NCBI RefSeq assembly: GCF_001194135.2
Contig: NC_068986.1
Location: 63,841,458 to 63,905,457, forward strand
From: Octopus bimaculoides
Lineage: Eukaryota
DNA length: 64,000 bases
Reading direction: 5' to 3'
The position numbers were made by a program, and so were the translations under genes. Of the stretch, positions 24,810 through 37,300 are shown piece by piece. Under the pieces are notes generated by a model, which was given only the letters and a program-made list of their open reading frames with translations, made no database searches and had not been told where the DNA came from. Numbering within the stretch: the first letter of the stretch is position 1; each line of letters starts with the position of its first letter.

Positions 24810-27800
24810 GCATGTATATATATGTATATATATATATGTATATATGTATATATATATATATATGTATGTATATATATATATGTATNNNNNNNNNNNNNNN
24901 NNNNNNNNNNNNNNNNNNNNNNNNNNNNNNNNNNNNNNNNNNNNNNNNNNNNNNNNNNNNNNNNNNNNNNNNNNNNNNNNNNNNNNNNNNNNNNNNNNNN
25001 NNNNNNNNNNNNNNNNNNNNNNNNNNNNNNNNNNNNNNNNNNNNNNNNNNNNNNNNNNNNNNNNNNNNNNNNNNNNNNNNNNNNNNNNNNNNNNNNNNNN
25101 NNNNNNNNNNNNNNNNNNNNNNNNNNNNNNNNNNNNNNNNNNNNNNNNNNNNNNNNNNNNNNNNNNNNNNTATATATATATATAAATAATACAAAATGGG
25201 ACAAGAATGCAAAACATCCAGATAGACGATACAAAGAAAACAAGGACAGGTCATTTGGAGTTTTCTTTCCCCAGTCGAGTTCCAGATTATCTTTGCAATT
25301 TTGGCTGGTTATACTTCAGATTGCTCCAATCTGGCCAGGCCTAAGGAAAAACTAAGCTAAGAGCATTAGATTCCTTGGAAGATTTTCTAGATTATTACTT
25401 TTTAAATATTCATCTTTATGAATTGTTGGAGCAAGTACATTGTGACTAGGGCTGGTTCTCTAAATACCTACTTGCTCTGGAGAAGTTGTACTGATTAAAT
25501 TTAAGACAACTTGTGAAATGTGTCTGTGATGATATAAATTCCAAAGTACGCAAAAAAATATATATCTACACTTAATCTGAAAGCAAAGACAGACATGCTA
25601 TATAGTGTACTGACTAGCTTGCCTAGATATAAAATGTGTGCTCTTATATATAATAATAAAAGTGATTAAAATATCAAGGCAGATATCAATAAAACACTCA
25701 GTGTTAAATGAACGTGGTTAACTTTATCCAACAATCAGATACAAATAAATGCAAGTAGAATAAACATCCAAGGTAATTTCTCATGTATGACAAATAAATC
25801 CAAATAGTTTAGAAGAATTTCAAGAAATTCTGAGTATAAGACAACAGAAATAAGAATGGAGAAAATCCCATTTTTAATTGGTGATTACACCATACAATAC
25901 TAATAATCATCTCTGTTGTGTTAATATATTTAGATACTGGAAATATCAAACTTATATATCCAAAAATATGTTAACACAACATTATCAAGGTAGTCCAAAA
26001 TTGGTTTAAATTCAAAGTTGTTTTTGCATGCATTCGTCTTCTGGAGACATTTTCTTAGTTCACTTTGAATTTAACCAATTTTGGGTCGTTTTGATAATGT
26101 TGTGTTAACATATATTTTTGGATACATTGATTTGACTGATATTTTCTGTATCTAAATATGTTGACATAACAGAAACAATTATCAGTATTGTATGGTGTAA
26201 TCACCAATTAAAGATTGGATTTTCTCTATTCTTGTTTTTGTTACATATATTAGGTGAAATCTTGCAAGATTTGAGTATTATGAGAGAATATTTGGATATA
26301 CTAGACATTAAGTCCAAAACTTAAAACAAAATGTATTGGTACTATTTTTTAATAACTTTAGTTGAAGGGGGTAAGCTCCTGCTGTAACTCTCATTGGACT
26401 TCAGAGTAGCTTGCAAGTGCACCTAAGTGGGATACACAACAGACACTGATATAAAATAACCACTGCATGGGAAGTTATTTTTCAAATAATAGTTTTAAAA
26501 ACACTAGTATAACGATGTAACAAATTGGACATTTCTTCACCATATTTCAAGAAGGAATAGTATTTAACATGAAAATTGATTTCAATTTTTTCTGAAATTC
26601 TAAAAAGTTTCCTTATAATAGTATTATATAACTTGGCTCTCTTTGTTCAGTATCATATGTTAGTTGAATTTAAGTGTTGAATAACATTGATTGAAGTTAT
26701 TGTTTCTTGAAAAGTTCCAAGTTCAAGGCAAGTACTTTTTGCCTTGATGCATGTGTGTACACACACACACATGCACATTTGTATATATAGAAACAAATGC
26801 AAAACAACATGAAACAACAAATGCAAAATCTCATTTCTTTCTATTGACTACACTATTTCTGTAGATTATCCTCATATAATGTTTTACCTACATTTGAATA
26901 TGACTTAGCCTTTTACATGTTCAAAATATTTTCATAAGTTTATCCTAAACTTCCATACTTGTTTCTCAGACTTTTAGTTTACCCTTGTTTCATATGTTCT
27001 GAGTAATATAAAACTTTCCTTTCATAAGTTCCAAATTACTCTGGTGATTGAAAAAAATTGGGAATTTGTAGCATGTTTATATACATAGGACAGATAAAGG
27101 ATAAAATCCAACTGTAAGATTCCAAGTTGAGTGTGCTGTAAAATAGACCATTATCTTTTCATTATTGAATCTATCTTCTATTTTAAGAAAAACTTATGCT
27201 GTTATATGTTTGCAGTTGTTATTTGTTTCTCTTTTCTAATAAATAACTATATTCTTTTAAAGAGTTATATCAGTTATACCAAAGAAAACTAATTAATCTA
27301 CAACTAACCAAATCCATCCAAAAGTTTATCATTTTAAACATTTTGAATTAGAACACAAGATAATACAGTTGTAAATAATGTAGAACACAAGAGTTTTAAA
27401 CAATTTTCTTTGTATTTTGTGTGACTGGTTGTTTTACTTACTAATCTCATTGTTTTTCTTTTTCATTGATTGTTTCAGTCACACCTTTCTCTGTATACGA
27501 AATTTGTTGTTGTCTGTTATTATTTCTTTTTTTTTTTTTTGTGTATGTGTGTATATTTTATTTTTATGTTTAATACAAGTATCTTGGCTGGAAAACCTTG
27601 TTTTAATCTTCTGCAAACCATTGCCCATTTACAAATTGTTCTAAAATTAGCAAAATGTTCCTGCCTCTCTTTTGGTAAATAAAACTGCTGTTAGGTAAGA
27701 ACATTAAATTAATATGGTTCGCTCGAAATAATGAAAAAGCCTTCTGGAGATTGATGAACATACAAATTATAAATCTATTTACAACTGCAAAGAAAACAGT

Positions 27801-28273
27801 TAATTTATGTAATCAAAGTATAGAACCATTGAATTTTATTTATACTGAGCATCTTTAACTTTGCTATCTACATGATGTTTGAGATTTTGTAGGACTGTTT
27901 AATCTGTAAGAATCAATATTCTCATGTCAATATTTATGGCTTCTTTAATTTTTCATTTTTTAGATGAGTACTAAATGGTCTCTAAACCAACAATTAATAG
28001 CACATTGTAACATTAATACTTTAGGATTTAATTTAATGCTTGTGCATTAAATTTAAAACTGCAGTAAATTATCAATTAAAACAGAATTTGAATTGCCAAT
28101 GCTGATCCCATCAAAGTTTATTCACTCAATAAGTTCATTATTGAAAGGAAACATCTTTCCTTGCCTTTCTTCAATATTATTGGGTTTTATTAAACTAAAC
28201 ATTTCGTTATTCATATTTCATGTTTTCTATTTCTAATCATGTGTTTAAGTAGTGAGGTAAAACATGACATTTT

Positions 28274-28309
<36 letters not shown>

Positions 28310-31300
28310 ATTTCAGGCCTGATATTTCAGAAAGTGCTGCTGCTCTCAAGGGCATCGAACAACCTTTCTATCTGGTTCTTTTAGGAAAGGATGGACTAGC
28401 ATCTAATATCAATCAGGAAATCAGGGTAAATCATTGCATTCTCCACCCCAACTCCTCACTTTTCTGTTATACTGCATATGAATGGGAAGATTACATATTT
28501 TGTTTGTTGTGTGTGTGTATACACACTAAAATGTTATTGAGTTACAAATTTGAGTTGGTTAAATATATCTGTAGTGTGGAAGGCAGCAAACACTTCACTA
28601 GCTGTTCTTATTTGNNNNNNNNNNNNNNNNNNNNNGGGGGGGGGTCCTTATGGAATTTTGACATTTTACAATTTAGGAGTTAAAAAATGGTCCTTTTAAA
28701 GCTTATGAGGAGTTCTGAATGTAATGCTTTCATTATAGTGATAAAAGAACTATTTATGTGGAAGGGTTAGGTGCTAGAAATGTATGAGTAATTATTTCAT
28801 AATTATTTTGTAGAACTTAAAATGTCTTTACTTACTAAGGAATGTTTCAAGTATGGGCTAAATCATTCAAGTGTACTATGACCAAACACAAAGAATTTAT
28901 ATCTATTGCAAAGGTATCCCGTAATGCATCTAGATCAGCTGTCTTCAATTAAGGCATTCCACAATGCATTTGGATCAGAAGTAGCAGTTTGTAACGTTCA
29001 CTAGTGCTTTAAAGACTCAGCTTTTCCAATACTTTCCAGAAGTCTTTTGAGCCTGACATTGTATAGAGCTTGAAACTAGAACATCCTGATAGAATTTAAT
29101 TCCTTTTGGCACCAACTGCAGCAAAGTTAAGTTGAGCTCCTATGTTGACTTCTTAATCTCATTAAATAGCATGGCTCACTAGACCATTAAGCTGAATCAC
29201 ATAGCATAGTATGTCTGTCAAAACTTCACACAAGCTTATTATTATAAGATGTGCTTATTGAAGAGTAGGCTATATTTATTGTAGAAACTAGCTGCACTTG
29301 TCATAGAAAACAGTTGCATTTGTCATAGAAGCTAGTTTCACTCACATATATGTCAGCTGCACTTGTAGAAATAAGTTTCACTCATCATAGAAGCTATCTC
29401 CATTTGTCACAGAAGTCAGTTTTTTTTAATTTTTTTAAATTTTTTTTTTTTATTAAACTTCTTTTGATAATACAAAATAGGAATAATTAAGAATTCTTTT
29501 GTTATTTGTTTTTCAAGTATTAATTACAGGAAGTGAAAGTTTATATTTTGATATATTTAAAATTCTTCATTCAAAATCCCAAATTCTGACATTTGGATAG
29601 CTTGAATCAATTGTATGGATTTCTGATTTTGAGGAAAATGATTAAATACAAGCTTTTATCTAAGTGCTGTTTAAATTTTATATCTCTTGAAACAAGATTA
29701 TCAGAAAGCAGTTTTATAGATACGTTTCAGTCTAGTGTATTGGCACCATTAAACATTCTTTTATAATTGTTAAGGAATTAGTCTCTTTCTTTCAATAATA
29801 TTAACATTCCTATGTACAAATTATTATCTGAGCATTGTTAGTATAGTTTAGTAAAATGAAATGTTTGCATTGTAACTTGCAAGAGCAAGTCTTGTGTGGT
29901 TAAACCACACCATCAAGGGTGCCTCTAGATATTTGTTCATCTTGCTAGAAATATCAGTCAAATTTATATCAAATCATATCCTAACAGCTTACAAACAATG
30001 ACACACTGGATAATGTAGCCTTATTCCATGGCTGGAATAAATTTGATTATAGGTCTGCTGAATCAGGACAGACCTGTGAAATACAATGACTACAGTGATG
30101 TGAAAAAGGTCATGTTGAGATCTTAAATGGATTATTTCATTGTATGTTGAAACATTTAGTTGGTCAATGTACGTGAGTGACAACTACAAACATTCTAAAT
30201 TTAAAATACTCAACACCCAGATCTTGAAAATGGATGCTTTATCCATTATTGTATTTATGGATGGGAGAAAAAGTGGTAGAATACCAGACTGATTGATTTT
30301 CCATATTTGTCTTCTTTCCCAATGTTTTGAATTCAAATTCTGCCAGGGTTGATTTTATGTTTCCATCCTCTAGGATCCAATATTCCCCTAAAAATGTTTT
30401 GACCTTTTGTTAATGTAAGAATTTCTATGAATATTGTTATAAACATACCATTTAATGTTTTTGATTGTTTCAGCATTTATGTGTAGAAGATGAATATAAC
30501 TGTCAAGATATTTTGTTCAGTCTTGATTACCGTCCCATTGATGGTGATGTCACTCAAGAACAGCATGCATTTGTAACCCCTACCTTTAAACCACATGGTA
30601 AGTAGGGTTTTTTTTTGCCTCTGGTAATAAAGCTGTTTGCATTTGCATCAATAAAAATTCCAAGAGAGATAAAGTATTGACCATCTACTTTTAAATCTTG
30701 AAGCTAAAGAAATTGTTTTTTTATGGAAGCAAAGAATAATTTACAATGAGATTCTTAGAAGTTTAAGTTTGTAATTAAAATCACCTTTAGCAAATGTTAA
30801 ATTATTCAGTTATCAGTTTACTACTGCCTCACAGAGCAATGACTAGTGATAGAGAGCTTTAGCATTGTGCTGGGTTTGAGAGCAAGCCAAATGCACCTGT
30901 GCTGGTGGCATGTAAAGAACACCTTTTGAGTGTTAGGCCTCACAGAGGCAAAATGGCTGAGTTTATTTTGAGCATTGGGCCTCACGGAGGCAAAGTGGCT
31001 GAGTTCCTTTCGAGTGCTGGGCCTCACAGAGGCAATGACTGAGACTTTTGGCATTATGTTGTGCTTGAGAAGACCTATCAAGCCGAGTAAAATCGCAGTT
31101 GTGGCAGATACTGGTATCATACAAATTGGCACCCGTGTCGGTGGCACGTAAAAGTACCCCTTACACTCTTGGAGTGGTTAGCGTTAGGAAGGGCATCCAG
31201 CCATAGAAAACTATGCCAAATCAGACTGGAGTCTGGTGCAGCCTTCCAGCGTGCCAGCCTGGTCAAACCGTCCATCCCATGCCAGCATGGACAATGGATG

Positions 31301-34300
31301 TTAAATGATGATGATGAGCCACTGCCATCCAGCATTTCATTCCCTTATTCACTGTAGAGAAATAAAATGACTGAATGGATAAGCATGGAAATAGTAAGTC
31401 ACAGATTGAGTTCAAATTTACTGCAGACTTTTGTAGATGCACACTTTGGTAGTCCATGATGGTAATGAATTGTTTGTTTTTTTTAAGTTTTACCTCATAA
31501 CTTATTTAAATATACATTGTGTCAGTTCACTTAGTTATGTGTGGGGTGGGGGAGAGAAGCAGATCATTTGCAATAGATTGCTGATCCATCCATAACAAGA
31601 GTTCTCTCAATTACTTCCCACCAAGGAACCAATCTTAGCAGAACATCAGTGTTAGGAAACATTTAAGTATACTATTTTACCACTCCAATAATTTTATGTC
31701 TGTTTCCCCATGATGTTAATATTTGAGCAGCTATACAAAATTGCTTCTCTCTAACTTTCTATTTTGAATTATTTTCTCCTTTTTAACTCATCATTATTGA
31801 AAAGTGTTGCAATTTGATGGATCATTTCCCAGATTGCAGATAATAAAGATATAGAGGTGTTTTTCTTCCAAGACAATATGCTAGTCTTTCATAGATTTAT
31901 CTTGTTAGCAGATTCCTGTATGTCACTGCAATCTAATAAAGGACTTGTCTATTTGTTGTTGCTTACAGTACTAATCTATACCTCTGTATGATACTTATTT
32001 ACATGTAAATGCCCTAAATCATTGAGAATTAAGTATTTTTGTTGGGTGCAGGCATGGATAAAAAATTGCAAAGTTCACTTTGTAACCATGTGTTTTCATG
32101 TTATATATCTTTATATGGCTCTTGGCTCTTTAGGTAATTGTCTTGTATAGCTTTCAGGCTGGCCAATACCTTTTGAGTGAAATTGGTGGAAAGTAACCAC
32201 AAGGAAGTTCATTTTATATAATCTCTCTCTCTCTCTCTGTCTCTCTCTCTCTCTCACACACACACACCATTGCTGTTTTAATGTCTACTTTCCCATGCTT
32301 GCATGGGTCACACATTTTTTTAAGAGGCAGCATTTTTAACATCTGGATGCCATTTCTGATGTCTCCCTCCTGTTTCTAAGCGAATTAATCATCCCATAGT
32401 CTACTGAACAATAAACAGCCCAGGCATGCTTGCAACCAACACTGTTAGTGTGAACAATGGCACTTTCGTCCACATATATATGTGGTATGTGTGTCATTAT
32501 TATGCTTACTGTATTGGCATGGGTTGTATGGTTTAACAGAAGCCAATGGGTCTGATGACAGTATTTTTGTTTTGGCATGACTTCTACAGCTGGATGTTCT
32601 TTTAAACATCAACCATTTTACAGAGTGTACTGGGTATTTTTCTGTCACCCTGTAATTCACAACTGTGAAGGAAAATAGAAGAAGGGTGTGAGTTTACCTC
32701 ATATGTCTTTGCCCTCACACTGTTTGAGCCATGGTGACATGTTTAAGCTCCTGTAAATATGTTCTGTAGCTTGATGTTTTTTATGTGTGAAGACTAGTGG
32801 GGTATAAAAAACAACCTTACTTGGAAAGTAGGTACTGGTTGGTGACACTAGGGAAATACTACCTTAAGTCTTGTCCAGCCTGTGCCAAAATGGTAAAAAA
32901 AAGCAGACTAGAATGGCTCACTGCACCAGAGACTTATTAATCAATCAGTGTTATCCGGTAGTACTGAGCTCAAATCCTATTTTTGTTGTCTCCTCTGCTT
33001 CAAATATCTAGCCATTTTATCAAATTCAGTAGAGTATTTCTCTCTAAACTCTGTCATATACTGTATTGTCTTTAGATGAAATGAAGTACTACAATAAGCC
33101 CACCCCCATTTATGTACATACATACACAATCATTTTGGTGGAATTTTTTTGTTTTTCTCTAAAAAAAATATTTCTTTTTCTGATAACTTATTCAAAATAT
33201 ATAATGCATTATTTCATCATAGTTAATAAATACAAAGATCTTGTCATTTAGAAATGTATGAAAAGACTTACTCTTTTATTTGTTTCAGTCATTTGACTGC
33301 AGCCATGCTGGAGCACTGCTTTTCATCAAGCAAATTGACCCCAGGACTTATTCTTTGGAAGCCTAGTACTTATTCTATCGGTCCTTTTTGCCGAACCACT
33401 AAGTTACGGGGGGCGTAAACACACCACCATCAGTTGTCAAGCGATGTTGGGGGGACAAACACAGACACACAAACATATACACATACACATATATACGACG
33501 GGCTTCTTTCAGTTTCCGTCTACCAAATTCACTCACAAGACTTTGGTTGGCCCGAGGCTTGGAAACTAAATTAACATAATCACCGACTTTTCAATTCCTA
33601 TATTAGTAAACTTCCTTCAACTCAAACTGGTAAAATAGTGAAATTGAATGGCACATTGATCAGGGGACGTCACTCTATCCGTCAGTGCTTTTAAGTACTA
33701 TTTAAATAGGTTTCTTTTTATTCTGAATATTATTTATATCTAAACATTTTGACCATTTAAATTGGACATTAGTAAATACTAAGTTTATGAATTTCATTTT
33801 ACTTGTCATTATTAACACCATTTCTTGTTTGTTATTTGCTAACATAACTTATTATTTTTAGGCTGTGTTTGTGTGTATAACTCTCATCACACATTTGAAT
33901 ATGTGCAAATGAGTTTGGAGCAGACTTGGTTGTCTGATTTGGCTAGAGAAGATGGTTTAGTTTTGGACAGGCTACGATTTGTGATAATCCAGTTCCATAA
34001 TCCTATGCTTAGTGAACGCGAGATAAATCAGTTAAGAGAACAAGGACAACAATTTGCAGACAAGTTAGTATACAATTTTTTTCTCAGTTCACTGCTATTG
34101 GTGAGTTTTGTTATTTTATTTAGGTTTAATGAATGGCTGAAAATTTAATCTAGTCAACCAGTGTCTGAATATAAGATACCATGAAAATTTCTTTACTCAA
34201 AGAATAACTCGTACATTGATGTTAGCATTTCAAATGAAAGAAATTAATCAGTTATATGTCATGTTTTGAAGTTTGCAATCGTTGTTGATAAGAGTATTTT

Positions 34301-37300
34301 GTGACTAAGCATTTTCTCTCACCTGAAAAGATACCTTCATCTGTTTAATTCATACATTAATTTCTATATAATATGCTATGGATTGCTACAGATTTCAACA
34401 TTCATTTCAGTTGTTTTAATTCCATATGTTAACCATTATTTTGAAGTATAACATTAGAACCTAACACTTACTACATCAAAAACCTTGGTACTCCTGTTAT
34501 TACCAAAGAGCAGTGACATATCATGTCACTGATATTGCGTTGTGTTTATAAATATGACACTGAACTCTCATTGATTTAACCTGCCTCTTACAGTAGATAA
34601 ATAAGTACTATGCAAAAGTAATCATCTCTGTTCTTGTTAGAATTAAATATCACCAACATCGAGTGCTGTCATATATTCTTTATTCTCAGTTATGTACTTG
34701 TTCAGTGTTTGTCTTGAAATGATTCAGAGTTTCACACTGACTTAGTTTCATTCTCCTGCAACTGAACTCTTTCTTGGACTTTGTCAAATATCCATCCAAG
34801 AACTGCAGTTCTTTAAGGCAGTATTGATTAATAACTGGCATTCTTCAAAACTGTGGAGTACCACACTTATAATGCTCATTAAGCTGATTGACAATGGTTT
34901 GCCAATCAACAGCACACTTGTGTCATAAGTCTACAGATGTACTAAATCTTCTTTCTACTTCTTTGCTATTATTCTAGCCTACTTAATGCATATACCCCTC
35001 CCCCTAATCACAACTACTGTATATCTTTCCAGCCCATGTTTGACATACAGGTGTCAAGCTTATCAGGAGAGCCTCTGTGTAATAATGAAAGAAGGGAAAA
35101 AAATTATTAAAATCATCATACCCTCCTGTAGTTGAGAACCTTTTCAAATATAGATTTCAAAATTAAAAAAAAAAAAAGCAAAGAAAATATATAAACTCTT
35201 GGCAAGCTATTTCAGTTCCTAATTGTGGTTATTCCACTTATGTTATTACTGCTATGAAGAAAGGCAGAAAGGATTTACACTTACCTTTACACCAGTGAAT
35301 TTTCTGAGTCTTCAATCTTTGTTAAAAAATCATTTATTTCAATATTCGGAACCAAAATACTTTGTCTTATTAGATGCCTACAAATTTTACATTAAAGAAT
35401 ATTTGTTTTGCTTTATTTTGTTTCTTTCTATGCTATTTTTATTATTTCAAATTAAAAACGAAAGTATTTGTGAAAAAAAAAAAAAAAAAACCAGCTACTA
35501 ACTTTTTTGGCTCTGCCTTCATAGCATCCTTACACTTCAGTTTGAAATTCCATTTCAGCCTGCAGTGTAAATTCTATTACATTCCATCTGAACCTGAAGG
35601 CACTGAAAGAAGGAAATTCATTCAAGCACAAACTGAGCATGCATTGCAAAGCATAATACGTCCTGCTGCTTCTGCATTATTATCATGTTGGCAGAGTTCA
35701 GATTATTTAGAAGCAGATATGAGGTAAGAATTTCAACCAGTAATTTTTGTTTTTCATTTTTGTAATGGAAATTTGGCAGAAAAATTCCCTCTGGGCAGTT
35801 TTCTGCCAATCACTAAAAGATATTTATGCAGTGGATTCCCAATTTGTGTAATTTTCCTGGTATGTTACATCTAATTTTCCTTTGTATCCTTTATTCATCT
35901 GATAGTACTCACTCATTCGATAAATAAATTTAGGGCATAACTACAGAATTGTGTCCACTGACCTCGTTTCCTTACGACTTTCTGAAAAATGAATATTTTT
36001 TCATAAAACTTTGTACCAATACATTTTGGATAGTGTAGATTGTGATTACATCAGAATTTGTTGGGAAGCATGGGAAATGCAGTCAGGGATAATTCACACA
36101 CCACATAGCATTCAAAACATGGATATTTTTTTAATGAAATTTTCTACAAATACCTTTCAGATGATGTTGCTCATGATTACATTAAAACTTAATGTGAAAA
36201 AGAAAAAAGTTGGGTGGGGACGAATATTTCACACATCTCAACTTTGTTTCTTAATAAGTTTTGATGAAGTAGATTTTAGTTATGTTGAGAAAACAATTAC
36301 TTTTTAGACCCACATGATCTCTGCTATTTCTGGCATACTAAACAACCACATAGAGGATGGGCTACTTTTGAGTTTACTTAAAAGAGAGGGATTAAGACTG
36401 TGATAGAATTATGAAAGAAATAAGTATTGTATACCTCTTTCAACAAAGATTCCTTTCAGAGAATTTTTGGAAAAGGGTGGAAAAGTCATCAAAAAAAAAT
36501 TTTTTTTTTTTCCAACATAATTGTACAAAACATGAGGAAACAAGTCGGGATGGGAAATATTGACCCCCCCCACCTCCAGTTTTTTTCACATTTGATTCTA
36601 ATATAATTATAATCTACTCCTTCTGAAAATATTTATAGAAAACTTCATTAAAAAATACACATTTCCTTGAAAGTTATGAAGAAACAAAATCAAGGCCTGT
36701 GAATTAGCCACCACGCCCACTTCTGAAAAAGTTTTCACAGCAAATTATGATATAATGTGAATCTACACCATCTGAACTGTATTTTTTACCTTTTTCTTGT
36801 TTAAGTCATTGGACTGCAACCATGCTGGAACTCCATGTAGAAAATGTCATTAACAAATATCCAGTTTTCAGAAATTTATGAGAAAATAAAATGGGACGGG
36901 GCACACTTTTGTAGTTTGAAGTATTACTGGAGTATTCAAAAATGCTCTCTTTCAGGGAATTAAAATAAACTTTTCTGATTGAATAATGTAGTTGAAATTT
37001 TCATTAATAATAAGACCTTGAAAACCACATTTTGATTTTCTTTTAAAAAAAGTATATCAAAATTGGAATTTTAAGAATTTTCTAGAAAGTGTAGACCTTA
37101 GTAATTGCTTTCCTTTAATAAAAGTTACATATCTCTGATTAATCAATAAGCAGCTTATAGCATAGATTATTGTAATTCGAAATATTAATATAAGTATCGT
37201 AATGAAGGTTAATTATTTCATTAAGAGTTAGTATAATGCTATCTCAGAGATGTTTCAGCATGTTTTTATGCATTGCTGTATATTGAATGCCTTCTGCATG

